A DNA stretch of 64,000 bases from Ylistrum balloti (GCF_031769215.1 NW_026782193.1:1054001-1118000), one strand, 5' to 3'; shown: positions 50,354 to 63,876, numbered from the stretch's first letter. Notes: a model not told the origin generated them from the letters alone. A program made the numbers and translations.

Positions 50354-52448
50354 ATATTTTCAAGAAGATAACTTGTGATCAGGATAGAGTCCAGCTACAA
50401 CATGACTTAACATCACTTCAAAACTGGTCGGACAAATGGCTATTGCGATACCACCTAGATAAATGTGTTGTGTTAACAGTTGGTAAAGACACAATTAACG
50501 GTACACCTGTGTATTTCCTGAGTTCTGGTGATGAGACGCATTATCTACGCCAAGTTGATAGAGAAACAGACTTAGGAGTAACCATTGACTCCAACTTATC
50601 GTTTGAACATCACATACAGGAGAAAAAAGAAAAGATAGACTGCAGGCGGAAAATTACCGTCCTGTCAGCATTTTAAGCATCGTGTGACCTCCGCAATGGA
50701 CAACATCCATTGTGGGGTCCCCCAGGGTAGCTTACTGGGCCCTCTTTTATTTCTGATTTATGTAAATGACATGCGGATAAGTATAGACATTTCCTGTAAA
50801 CTACTTCTGTATGCTGATGACAGTGCAAATATTTTTTCACATCACTGTCCCAAAACAATCTCTTCAAAATTATCCTTAGTTTTGGAATCATGTCATGATT
50901 GGCTTGTTGACAACAAACTATCATTACATTTAGGTAAAACAGAAAGTATTTTATTTGGACCAAAGAGAAAATTAGGACAAGTACCCGAGGGTGATTTCAA
51001 AATTTCATGTAACGGTCAAAACATTTTTTCGCAATCTTCAGTAAAATACCTCGGTGTTACGATAGATGAATTTCTATCTGGAGAGGAAATTGTCTCCAAC
51101 ATTATCCACAAAATCAACCAAAGACTTAAATTTTTGTACAGAAATAGTAAATGTCTATCTCTAAAATCTCGAAAAACTTTATGTTCTGCTCTGATTCAGT
51201 GCCACTTTGATTATGCGTGCACCTCCTGGTATGAAGGAATTACTCAGAAACTCAAAGGTATACTCCAGACTACCCAAAACAAAATGGTCCGCTTTATTCT
51301 TAACCTTGATAACAGAACAAGGATCACTCTCACTGAATTAGAAAAACTAGGCATGCTAAATGTAGAAAGGAGGGTCCGTCAACTTCGCCTCAACCATACT
51401 TTTAACATCTATAATGGTAAATGTCCACAATATTTATATGAACTTTTCTCTCTAAACAAAAACTGTTGTGGTACTAGATCTGGAACGATGAACTTCTCAA
51501 TAAAAAACGTTAAAAGCATAGAAAGTTCTTCCTTTTCTACTTCGGCCGCAAAAGATTGGAATTCCCTTCCAGAAAATATTAAAAATTCTAAAAATAAATA
51601 TCATTTTAAAAACAAAGTAAAACAATTTCTGATGCTACAATCAAAAGGCGAATTTGACAACCCCTTCGTCTACTGTTGAGCTCAACCTCCACTTCTTTGC
51701 GTCTGGTTGAACGGGTAGTGATGTTATATTATTGTTCATATTATGTTATATTATTGTTCATGTTATATTATTATGTAATACCTCTTCAAATCCCATCCTT
51801 TTTCATAAATGCCCTGAAATGTGCCAAAACATTTTATTCACTTTCAGTATTTGTTTTCATATCTTCTATGTAAATGTAATTTTCTTTCAAATGTAGTGCT
51901 CTGTTTCATTTATAGTTAATGAAAATTAGATAAAGAAAATTAATTCAATCTCATTTCCATGGCTTTACATCTCAACCGGAAGGATTACACCTTAAATGGA
52001 CCCCATTGGAAATAAGCCTATTTTATAGGCTTTATGGGTAATCCAAGGCCAAAGGCATTTTCATCTGGTTTTATCAAATTTCTCTCTTTTTTATTTATAT
52101 TTCTAAATTTTCAACTATTTTACTTAAAAGATTTGCAAGCAGAGTGAAATTTAATTTCTGCGATACTAGTTTAAATTGTGATATTGTAAGGTATGTGAAA
52201 TACTTCTGTGATATCTTATATTTTATAATTAATAATTTTAAGAAATCCACAATAATTTATTACTGATTTTAATTGTTATGGAATTGCTTATGTAATATTT
52301 GTAATGTGCAATTTTATTATGCCTTTGACTGAATAAACAAATAAAAAAAAAATAAAAATAAAAATTAATAAAGCTAACAATGTTATGGGACTCATTAGAA
52401 GAACTTTCACATATCTGGATAATGACAACTTTATTCTTTTATACAAAT
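50354..52448 (+). mobile_element. CR1-clade LINE RT fragment split in two (50354-~50626 and ~52361-52448) by a younger insertion
   Basis: The left piece encodes LQHDLTSLQNWSDKWLL...DKC...ETDLGVTIDSNLSFEHHIQEK; the right piece resumes INKANNVMGLIRRTFTYLDNDNFILLYK, the expected continuation. Confidence 0.85.
50627..52360 (+). mobile_element. 5'-truncated L2/Crack-like LINE with an internal RT deletion, 3' UTR, AATAAA and A-rich tail, nested in the CR1 fragment
   Basis: ORF 50684..51679 has CGVPQGSLLGP, LYADD, LSLHLGKT, KYLGV and HFDYAC. An upstream AENYRPVSILS motif at ~50645-50680 abuts it directly. AATAAA at 52332 is followed by an A-rich tail. Confidence 0.85.
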
Positions 52449-52472
52449 GATTCTTTTCACCTCCCTCCATCC

Positions 52473-52474
52473 CC

Positions 52475-52514
<40 letters not shown>
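52473..52514. repeat. (CT)n microsatellite
   Basis: Directly visible. Confidence 0.9.
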
Positions 52515-54100
52515 GTGTTTGTGGATGAATTCTTTTATTTTTATGACATAGTGTAAACAACGTTGATCCAAATGATACGATTCCTTTTTTTCTGTATTAT
52601 AAGAGTTATCAACCGTTGGAGAGATAAAGTTGGCTTTAACATTGTGAAATCTGACGGTCACTCAGAACCCAAATTCGATTCCTGACGGAACGGCAAGTGC
52701 AGCAGGATCCATATGTTTTGCACTTTCCCATTGTCCTCATGGGAGACAGGTCTGAAAAAGACCAATTCTATGGCAATCATGCCACGATTGTTTTATGGCA
52801 TGTTCAACATATTGATACTAATAGTAAAAGTAGTACTTTCGGTCTTAGATTCGTTTCGATTTTATTTGTAATTTAGGAAACTTGTCACATTTTATTTTAA
52901 AGATTTATTTCCTGGATCACCAACGAAATAGACACTCGATCCTGTATAGAAGGACTGGGTGTGACTATAGTAAGAATATTAATGAGTGACACGTATACAC
53001 GTTTGTGTCGGTGCAGTAAATTGTTTAAAGAAAATAATAATGAAGTAAAAATGACACATGCGTTTTCCCAATTAAATACTTACGATTAAAAGAAATGTTT
53101 TAGTCAAACTATAAATGAAATATTAATGAGATTGAAGTGTCAACGATCAAAATATAACTTAACAGAACTCAATACAAACACTAAAATTGTATACAGCTGT
53201 TGCTTTGACCGTCTGTCAATAAAAATCGTCACTTCATTTAAGACGTTTGTGTTCTGAGGTACAGCAGCTGGGCTGAGACAGACTGATCTCAGGACACGTT
53301 GATGATGCCGTCAATCAATGACTACCAGCTGATATCTTGCCGACGTGTACTAGGTACAGATACTGAGACAAACGTGCCCCTTGGGGCCCAACAAATGATC
53401 CTAATAATTACTTTTTCTCTTTTCCCGTTTTAATTCTACCTTTCATTTCCAAAAAAAAAAGAAAAATAAATACTTACGCTTTATGTACTTAATAGATAGA
53501 ATTTTAAAGAATACTTTTGAAGTTTTGATCCGAATATTAATGGAGTTTGTGTTACTCAAAATTTCCCTCCGATCCTCAAACTATGGTGGCCACGTCCCTG
53601 TCTTCGTGGACGATAAATGATATATAAAGCTTGTTTGCGTCTCTTTTGTCCACTAAAACCCCGGACAACTTACCCGCGTTGGATTAAACGACAGCAAGGT
53701 AAAACGATTGAAGTATATGTACTTTTGTACTTTCACAGAAATAGTTTGATATTAATCTTTAATGTATTTGTATATGGAGATTTTTTTTTATCACGGAAAT
53801 GAAATTGCAATGCATGGTTATATTCAATGAACGTTACATATATACAGCTAATTAACTTTACTGATTTTACGTGTCAATTGCAAAGACAATAACTGTGTAG
53901 TGTCCATAGACAATTATAATTAAATTTAGAAAATCAAGCTAGATTAAATGTGAACATATTAAAAAAAAAAAGGGAAAGCCTTACTAGACATATTTAAAAG
54001 AAACCTTAGTCGACAAAATAAATATATTTTCGAAATTCTAACTTTTGAGTAAATATAATACCGTAATACTTTTTTTTCGTTTCGACATTGTAGCGCGACT

Positions 54101-56986
54101 ATGAGAAGTATGAACACTTTAGCGTTACTTCTGTTAGCGGTCCTCGCTATAAGTAAAACGATATCTGCTGACAATGATGACAACAAGAAGAAGGTAAGGT
54201 CCTAATATTGTGTAGGATGGAGACTAGCTTCCGTTCATTATACTGTAAAGTACAAGTGGTTATTTTATAAGCAGTTGTATGTAAAAGTGTTAATATGTAA
54301 ATGCAACTGTGAAAATTGACAAATGCTGTAATTTGCTTGAACTTTTGAATTATAATGTTGAAATGGTATACTTGTGGAAAAAGGGATTTCTGAGTGGAAT
54401 TTAGTGGTATATATGCAGCATTTACCTAATATTTTTTCCCCGATAGATAAAGAACACAGTCACAGAAGAGGTATGGTTTGATGTGGCGGTAGAAGACGGC
54501 GACGAAGTTACGTTTCAAGGACGATTCGTCGTCGCTCTTTTCGGTGACATTGCACCTATGACAGTAATGAACTTTCAGAGCATTGTTCGGGGGTACAAGC
54601 GAGGTAAGAAGGTAAGCATATGATTTCCTAATTTTTTTTCGTTATCATCACTCTTAATTTTAAACGAGGTTGTCAACATTCTCCGACACAAAGTTAACTC
54701 ACTAAAAACATTTCAGTCAGATAGCCTGCGTCGCGACTCAGAAATTTCTGTCTCGTCTAAGTGAAGACTTAGGGTAATGTAAAATGAAAGTTTACAAGGT
54801 AAATTAAATTAATATTACTAAATAGGCTATATGATACCGGGACTTTTTCTCAAACGTGGAGATGCTGATTACACGTGGCAGTTCAGACCTCGTGGTTAAT
54901 TCAGTTCACTATAAAGCAACGGTCAATACATTGTTATCGAGTCGGATGCCACTCGGTGGCAACATCTGTTGCGCCACGTAGAATCAATTGACTAAAAACT
55001 AATAGACAGCTATTTTCTTTTGTGTATGTGTGTATTTGTCTTCCTGCAGTTGAGCTTTGTAGTTTTGATTTATTTAAGCATTCCATTGGAGTGAAACATG
55101 AATCTCTGAAGATGCTTTTCAGCACACACGTTTTGATTTTAAAGTGGAGTGATATTGTATATCATATCCCAATTGAGTATTCCAACATAACCACATTAAT
55201 GTAAACAAAACAGTGTTCATTAATTATAAATATGCACCAGGAATGAATGCGGAAATTTTCGAATGTCGACTATTTTTGTTGTATGTAGCATCTCGTTTTA
55301 ATCTGATTGAACTTGAAGCATTTTCTGCCGATTGAAATAGTTGACACCAGGATGTGTCGTACACGACTATCTTGTCAATTAGGAAATAGTTTCCATATCA
55401 ACACAGCTTTTTTTTAAATATACATTTTCAGATGAATATTCATCTATTGAAATAGTATCGTTGGTGATTTCCTCAAAAGTTATCTTGCAACTTGCAGTGT
55501 TTAAAACAAGTTTATGAAGATAATTTTTCAAAACGGGGATGGCCGGGGATGTATGTGTTTTACGCCTGGCTTAAATCCGTTCTTGTGCGTGGATTAGACT
55601 TTGGGACTGTGCATTGGCTAGTTGCAAGTCTCCCTTTAATGTCTGCCTGGCTTGAGACCGGAAGGTCCCTTGTTCGAATCCCACAGGAGACAGAACAAAT
55701 TTTTCATTATTTATTTCGTGTTGTTGACCACTATAGATTGAGAAGATATATATTTTTTGAAGGACACTGCCGAATGTAGAAGTCATAAGTTGATTTCTTT
55801 GAAATTGGTTTTGGCTTTATCATACAACCACTTCCAGATAACAGGAATTGGAGAAAATCACAATCACACATAGCACGAGAAGTATAAAATTTCTGGCAGA
55901 ATTAGGTACCAACTTCTCGGAAAGATATATTGTTTAACTATAAATTTCGTATTGAATTCCCCCGATTGATCTTCCACTTTTATGGGAAATGATTCAACTT
56001 TTTTTTAAAATCTTCTTCAGAATCTTCATTACAAGAATTCCCCAATACATAGGATCGTACCCGATTTCATCATACAGATGGGTGACGTCACAGAAGGAGA
56101 TGGAACTGGAGGTATGATGCCAACAGTTTTGCAAACTGTGGACAAATTCTTTACTGTGTTGCCTTTCGTAATATTATCGCAGTTTCCTAAATACATGTAC
56201 CTTCTACAGTTATTTCTAGCAAAATATTTTCTAAGGTCTCTATTAAAATGTATAGTAGTATATGGATTAAAGAAAGATTTAGTGTCAACATTTAAAATCA
56301 TCATTACGTTGAAATATTAAATATGTTGTATTTTCAAACAAAAAATCAGCATGTTTTGTATCATTTATATATTCAATTCACAGGTGCCAGTATTTATGGA
56401 GATAAATTTGTTGACGAGACATTTGAAATATCCCACAAAGCAGCTGGCTACGTTTCCATGGCAAATCATGGTCCTGATACCAATGGATCCCAGTTCTTCA
56501 TCCTGTTGACCAAGGCCAGGTGGCTAGATGGCAAGCACGTGGCTTTTGGAAAAGTCATCAGAGGAATGGTAAGCACTTATTTTCTATTGCATCTCCTTAA
56601 AATAAACTACATACACACACCCACACATATAAATGTATGTATATATAATATATTGTAATAAACATTCAATTACATTTTAAGAGATAAAGTATTTTATTTG
56701 TAGATTTATCAAATACACTGTATAATTTAAATAACTGTATCTTATGGCTGATAAGCCCACACAATTTATGTGGTTTCATGAATTTCTTATTATTTACAAC
56801 AAATGCTTCAATACAAATGCTATTATGGTTTTACAGGACATTGTTAAAGAAATTGGCGAAGTCCCTGCTAGCAGTGTCAATGCAATTCCTAAAAAGAAGG
56901 TCTCCATAAAAGATTGTGGGGTTGTCGGAATTGAAAAGAAGTATGAATTAACAGCTCAACAAATGGAATCTGATGAAGATATGTAA
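54101..56986 (+). CDS. PPIB: Secretory-pathway cyclophilin (peptidyl-prolyl cis-trans isomerase B/C-like), 5 coding exons, 227 aa
   Basis: Exons 54101-54193, 54447-54611, 56021-56111, 56384-56568, 56837-56986 (684 nt, phases consistent). Signal peptide [23 protein letters not shown]; motifs [52 protein letters not shown]. An acceptor just before the ATG suggests a non-coding first exon (possible donor at ~53698). Orthology to PPIB versus a mollusc-specific paralogue is not resolved. Confidence 0.9.
55605..55700 (+). mobile_element. tRNA-derived SINE head remnant in cyclophilin intron 2
   Basis: A-box-like TGGCTAGTTGC (55615) and B-box GTTCGAATCC (55672) at tRNA-like spacing; no intact cloverleaf. 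Confidence 0.45.
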
Positions 56987-58587
56987 ATTCAAAAAATATA
57001 TAACTGACAGACGATGTGATATTCCTCATTTACATTAGTTATTTGATGTTTGACTTGCATGCAAATCCAATCTTTAAAAAAAAGATGTGGATAGTCTGAT
57101 TCAGTTGAATGTTTAACTTGTTATGGAGTATACCATACCATTCATTTGTATGAAGTTTGAATTTGTATTTTCATATTTGCGTTCATGTGTTGTTTTTGTT
57201 CCTTTTTCCATCTACAGATGTTTCTTTTTCATTGAAGCTTTTATCAAACATTTTCTGTCACAAATTTATTTTGTACTTCTTTTAAAATTAATCATTAGAT
57301 TTTATTTTATGATCATAAAACTTATAATTTGGTCATGACATTTTAAAATGAAAGAAAGTTTATTTACATTATTTTATCATGGAGTAAATGACAATCCATT
57401 ATCACTTAATTTAAGAAAACCTCAACTACTCAACAGTTCATCAGTTTGAAGAATGCATACAACTCACCATTAGCAATGCATTTAGTAGCTGGTATATTCC
57501 ATCAATATGGGCATAGTTGCATTTTCTACAGACTGTTGTAGGAAAACCTATCCATGCTAATCTTCACATGAAATTAAGTCCTTGCTTCTTAAATAGAGAT
57601 ACTAGATTGCAAATTCATATCTGGTCAAGCCATTCTAAAAGCAGAAGCAAGGTTCAGAATGCTGACCAAATAAAACTATGAGAACATCTGTTTCAAGGTA
57701 ATCTAGATTTATCATATTATGACTCTAAAATTTGTCAATACATTGGTTTACTACCCAAATTGTTCTGATCAGTGATTCCAACTTCAGCTGAGGTCAGCAG
57801 AGCAGATGTCTAGTGATTTTGTCATTCTAATTTGGGTGTAAAATATCAATTGTATAAAAAAAATTTAGTTACAAAGCAACACAAAACATAGAATTTTACA
57901 CTCATGCTTAATACGAAATAACACTGAAGACAATGGTAGACTTGGATCTAATCTGTCCATAGAATTAGAGAGACTTGTGTAGTTTACCTTGGTACTAAGT
58001 ACACTATGTTTGACCCTGCGGATCTGTACTTATGAAATTACATGTAAATATTCTGGCAGCAAATGACAAGATGACTTGATGTTTGTTTTTCACCTCATTA
58101 AAATCTTGTAAAACAATAAACAAACTTCAAAATATTAATAGTATTTGTGTTTGTATTTATTAATTTTGAGACCTGTAAGAATTAGTTGAAGGAACCCAGT
58201 TTCTGCAAAATACAAATGTGAAAAAGTGTTTATTGTTCCATAGCGCTGACTTAGATACTTCATACGCTGTATTGCTAAGTCTGTGTTCTAAACCATGGGG
58301 ATTTGAGTTTGTGTCACATGTACACAATGTTCCAGAGACGAGAATAGTTGGTGTTGATTACCTACCTTATCACAGGGGCTACATTGATCCCAAAAATGAC
58401 TTTCTTGCTTAGTTTTTATGCCAATCAGTTAGATATCACTCTTACCACACTCTACCAGATTCATTTCCTTCCTCCACAAATATTTAACATTCTATCCTCT
58501 ATACTTCACACTCTATTATAAATTTTATAACAATTTTTTGACCAGTCATACAAAAGCACAATATCGATTTAATCAATCATTACTGAC

Positions 58588-59208
58588 CAGTTCTGCTTTA
58601 CCATACTTGTGTAACTATAGAGCAGTTTCATACAAGGATATAGAGCAGTTCTGCTTTACCATACTTGTGTAACTATAGAGCAGTTTCATACAAGGATATA
58701 GACCAGTTCTGCTTTACCATACTTGTGTAACTATAGAGCAGTTTCATACAAGGATATAGACCAGTTCTGCTTTACCATACTTGTGTAACTATAGAGCAGT
58801 TTCATACAAGGATATAGAGCAGTTCTCTTTTACCATACTTGTGTAACTACAGACCAATTTCACACAAGCATTCAGATAACTTCTACTTTACCATACTTGT
58901 GTAACTATGGACCAATTGGACATCAGCATACAGAGGAATTTCTGCTTTACCCTTCCTTATGTACCCATTGTAGATCAGTCTACAGAGAAGTTCTACTTTA
59001 CCACACTTGTGTAACTATGGACCAATTGGACATCAGCATACAGAGGAATTCTGCTTTACCCTTCCTTATGTACCCATTGTAGATCTGTCTACAGAGAAGT
59101 TCTACTTTACCACACTTGTGTAACTATGGACCAATTGGACATCAGCATACAGAGGAATTCTGCTTTACCCTTCCTTATGTACCCATTGAAGATCAGTCTA
59201 CAGAGAAG
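58588..59208. repeat. Compound tandem array: 58-bp monomer x5 (58588-58877) followed by a related ~110-bp dimeric unit x3 (58881-59208)
   Basis: Unit starts measured from the sequence; both parts share the core TTCT(G/A)CTTTACCA(T/C)ACTTGTGTAACTAT. Confidence 0.9.
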
Positions 59209-59804
59209 GTGAGAGGCTGATATGCTCCTTTGAAGGTAGCAAAGAAGCGACACGCGACCCCCAACTTCAACTATATACTGTTATGAGACCTCAGGATTTG
59301 TTTAATGTACATCAAAGGATCCAACTAGTTTTTTCATCTTGTCCACAAGGTGTCGCACATAGGACCTTCAATGTTGCCATGACATATTCCAGGGACACAC
59401 AGAGCGAAAGTTATCGTAATACCTCGATTATTGAGAATGTAGTCACATTGGTTATCAGTACAGTAGCCTTGAGATTATAATGGTGAAGCTTCAAGGAATT
59501 GATGCAATTACATTGTTTTGAAGAATTACATATTGAAAACATTTCTGAGAAATATAATAGCAAACTGTCTTCAAAACAATATACCGGTACTACAAAAATT
59601 AGAAAACATTTCTTAGATAAATATCAGTGTGGTACACATGAACCCTATCACAATGATTATACCAGTTCCATTGCACTGTTCCTTGAATGATACTGCTATG
59701 GTTAAAACATTATCATACAGAAAAATATCTTCAGCAGTTAAAAGGAATCTGGATAGTTAACAGCATTGTTGAGCTGTAGCCTTATACAGTGGTCAGCAAC
59801 AGTG

Positions 59805-60492
59805 TGTAACAAAATGACTGAACGTGGTGTTTACTTGGGTTGACCGAAACGTTTATTTCATAGTATAGTGGTTTTCCATAGTTAGTACTTCGCGCTAATA
59901 TCCATTACAAAAGATAGTTCCTAATCAACATACAGCAGCATGTCGTGGCACCAAAAATAAATACCTGTGTAAGGCAGACAAAAACTAAACACCTGCCCGT
60001 CCATATCAAAGAGTTCCATACAAATGTCCATGGGCCAACTTGGCCAGGGCCTGCTCCATCGCGGAGCAGGTCCCATACGGGACTCTGCCCGTCTCCACGT
60101 CCGACTACCAACTCTCTCTAGCTACTCGATCCCAGACTCGATTAACTTCTGGCTATTGTCTTAGAATAAATAATACCCAAATACCTAATTTCAGCCTAGT
60201 CCCTATTGGACAACAATAACCCAACCCACGGACCATCTAATTATGAAGGCATGTGCGACTAGGAGTACCCGTTATCAACTGTAGTTCCTACTGTAATTAA
60301 CATACAAATACATTCGCCAGCGCGAGACATACAAAAGAGGGCATCTATCTGTCCTGATCAATCATACTGGCGATATTCTGCCACGGTGCTTCAACACTGC
60401 GGTACACATCCCGCCTGTTATCAGGCGTGCATCACTACCTGTCACTCACGGGATTTTTTCCTCGGTCCAGCATTGACTGACTTTTGACCTCA
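59805..60492 (-). mobile_element. CpG-rich repeat-like insert, possibly a solo LTR or DIRS-type terminal region
   Basis: Abrupt GC/CpG rise, hairpins (CCTGCTCC-ATCGC-GGAGCAGG; GTCCC-ATAC-GGGAC), minus-strand AATAAA ~60 nt before a TTGTTACA end. No TSD found. Confidence 0.35.
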
Positions 60493-60614
60493 TGTACTTT
60501 AAACTAAGACGCTGCTCTCTACGATACACACCATTCCAAAGTTATCATTAAACCTATTTTTTACTTATTTTGTTACAAGTGCTTGAAAAACAGGAAACCA
60601 AGACCAAACAAACA

Positions 60615-62315
60615 TCACAAATTGCTGTATTTACTCTTAAGGTATTCATCTGCATCATTTAAAACTGCCTGCAGGTCTTTATATTGTGTGATGAGTTCAT
60701 TTGCCTCTTGCACTTTTAACCACTTAAAGTCAATGTGTTCATCAGACAGAGTAACAGCCATCTCAGGATCTTTCATTTTTGCCAGCCAGTATACAACCCT
60801 TTTCGGTCTTCCATTCACGGGATAATTCAATGTTTTTTTGAAATTGTCTATGACCTCCAGATGGGATCTGTTCAGTCCTGCCTCCTCTGTTGTTTCCCTC
60901 AATGCAGTGTCAAACTCAGACTCTCCAGGGTCAACGTGACCTGTTATAAGATGTACCAGATGTATGAAAATTAACTGAATGACACTACTCTGAAAAAATT
61001 TCATTAAACAAATTTCAAACAAATATATTCTTTTTACTGTGACAGACACAAATCAATCAGAAGTGGTTTACCAGTTATGGTGATAGGATGCTGTGACTGA
61101 ATTGAAATTCAATAATAAAGAGACGCACTACAGTTTGACCCACAGAAGCAGAGTGATTTGTGGGATATGGCTATGTAAGTAACTTTGCATGCCAATGGAT
61201 CTCTAGTCATAATTAATTTTCCACTTCATACAAAAAAAACACAAACCCATCATCATCACTACAAACATCCTACAATTCAAACAAGGAATAGTAACTCTTT
61301 GTGCATTCACCATATGATTTCAGTTAAATCCATCCATACCTGGAATTTGTCCATTTCCATGAGACATGTTTTATATAGTCACAGGCATTGTGAAGAAAAA
61401 CAGAAAATTGTAGGGAAATTACATCTATGTCTTTTTCTGTGATCATTATTATTTGGGTAGCCAAACTTGCAGGGGCCATTAGGGAGTTTCAAAATTCTGA
61501 CTTGTTAAAAATTACATGTTTATATGCAATTAGTAACAACTTTTTTAGTTTTTTGAATATTGAGTATTGAATAACTTTCAGCAAATGAACATCATTGGAT
61601 TTTCATACATTTGATATAAGAAGTCTAAATGACATTTATACTGCTTTTTTATTGGTATTGAATGCCAACTAATATCATTAATAACTTATTAAGCTTGTCT
61701 AAAGATTGGTCTGATCATCAAGCTAAAACAGATGGATGTAATTAAAGGTATAACAATGATGACATGGAATAAATATGGAGGATATAAATGTCGGCTGAAT
61801 AGGCAAGCTAAGTAAGGTCACTTGCAACTCTTTCTGAAATATTAACCTATAATAAAAACCAAGTAAAATTCACAATCTACTATATAAACGTCTTTGGTAT
61901 AATAATCATACAACATTGTATTTGTATAAAGTGGACAGATTTTTTTTGTTTTTTGTTTTTTTACACATGTGACTCAATTCTTGAACATTGTATCAGAGTG
62001 CAGCAAAAATGGCTTCTAAGCTAATTAATCAATGGTATATTTCAGAATGACTCTGCATTTGAGTAACTAATTGATTACTCAAAACTATCTTTCAAATGTG
62101 TCCAACCTGTTCAAAGTTTACTATCGAGATACAAGTGTCTGTTACATTAGTCTCATGATTAATGCATCTTCTCAAATGCAGGCAACATTTAATCAACCTT
62201 TTGGTGGCGTCCAGTGGTGTTGACCATATGATGTTTGCAGCAGTAAGTACTGTATTTCAGATGATATTGTCCGAAAAACAATAAATCCGGCTGCAACAAC
62301 CTCCTTTCCTGCCAT
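60615..62315 (-). CDS. NUDT2: Bis(5'-nucleosyl)-tetraphosphatase [asymmetrical], Ap4A hydrolase; coding exons 62198-62315 and 60615-60940; 147 aa
   Basis: MAGKEVVAAGFIVFR...QYLLLQTSYGQHHWTPPK|G HVDPGESEFDTALRETTEEAG (intact Nudix box GX5EX7REUXEEXG) ...PKRVVYWLA...LSDEH..FKW. The phase-1 intron falls in the KG codon; the length equals recalled human NUDT2. Confidence 0.95.
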
Positions 62316-62739
62316 CTTAAATACGGAATTTCTCTAATTCACAAATGACTATCGGTTACGTTCTGAGGAGTCTCGAATGATATCTGTCTCATATTAGTTT
62401 TGGAATCCAACACAGAATAGAGATAGAAAAACTCCGGATAATTAATTTCAAATATTTCCCTTAATCAAATACACATCAAATTACACACAGTAATAAGTCA
62501 GTTTTACAGGAAAAAGGAATTAGTACACAACATAATGTGAAACCATTAAACAGTTCTTATAAAAGAAATTCTTTTATATTATCCAAGTTGCACATTACTC
62601 GATGGATCGTTCTCATTTTCATGTTAGATCCAATATAAGCTACTTTAGAAATTAATATATCATTTAATTCTCGACCATTAACAACAATGAGTAATACAAC
62701 CGCTATTTACAGATTTAAACAAAAATAATTCGACAATGC

Positions 62740-62840
62740 CTCGGTGATTTTTTATCCGGAATATTCTATCCGGTATTTCCAAATTAGAAAATGCCTTGCC
62801 GACCTGTCGCGTCGGAAAATGGCGGCCGTATGAAAAACAT
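62740..62840. promoter_or_regulatory. Bidirectional promoter between NUDT2 and the KIF24-like gene
   Basis: CpG-rich patch with CCGGAA/TCCGG ETS-like sites and the YY1 motif AAAATGGCGG (62816-62825). Both flanking ATGs are preceded by splice acceptors, implying 5' UTR exons that start here. Confidence 0.6.
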
Positions 62841-63876
62841 TAGCTCCCCTGTGTAGAATGTATAGACACTAAAATATTCATGAAACAGCTGTCACCACAA
62901 GCTTTCACCTAGGTGGTATTTTAAGTCCTCTTCTTAAAGATGGATATTGTCGTGGCGTCCGGAGTTACTTTCATTTTTGGAATGCATAATTAAGGTGAAT
63001 ATACAATATTCTCTTAAAGATTTTTTTTTCAATTTTGTTGCTAAGGCCGCCAAAACATTCAATACATTATCATAGGATCTTATAGATATGATGATGAAAC
63101 TGCAATAACCACTTTTGTGACATTTTTGTTTTGTCCAAATTCAAAACGCACCATTTTGACTCATGAACTTTAAATTGTCGTCCAATGATTCTTAAACTTC
63201 TGTGACATGTTGAGACAGGCAACATCTCGAAACGCTACAGGAAGTCTCGAACACATTGTGCTTTTATTCAGGTTATCAAGATGAACTTTGTTCCAAGATA
63301 TTTGACTCATTCACTTGATATGTGACTATTATTTACTTGAAAAGGGTTAGTATATTTCTATGTATTTCACATTGAAGATACAATATCATTGAAGTTGATG
63401 CAAGAAAATCAATCTACTGAATCCTGTTGTAACTCCATTCTCAGAAAGTAATTGACTTTAGTTCTTTTAATTATGATAAGTCACATGTGAACTAACTTTG
63501 ATTTGACTTGTTTTACTGGTATTGTAAGACTACAATACCTAGAAGGTACATATAGAGTACTTACAGTCTTAAACAAGATCAAATGGTAAATCTTCAGACA
63601 CAAACCATTTTGTTATAGTTGTCATCTTTTCAAAACAAATTCACTACACTGTTATAGATTATTTAGAGTTATGTGAAGTTTACATTCCTTTTTGTAAAAT
63701 CTTTTTGAACATTTTCAGAAGATGACAACATCGCTGACATAGCATTACAGTCCCTGGTTTGCCAATGATTTTCGTAATCTCATCAAGTAACTCATTTCTG
63801 TATGGTTGTTTGCATTGCTATTTTTTTGTTTGTTTTGTTTTTAGGTCAAACATCAGGCTGTGATATCTTTAAGAAC

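Noticed and set aside
54603-54611. Alternative donor CGAG|GTAAGA 8 nt upstream of the cyclophilin exon 2 donor
   Set aside because: It would shift the frame; only the 54611 donor matches the phase-0 acceptor at 56021.
55605-55700. tRNA gene
   Set aside because: A and B boxes are present but no acceptor or anticodon stems form; treated as a SINE remnant.
58218-58412. 64-aa ORF with an upstream acceptor-like site after the cyclophilin 3' UTR
   Set aside because: No recognisable homology and no partner exon; both strands have similar open stretches.
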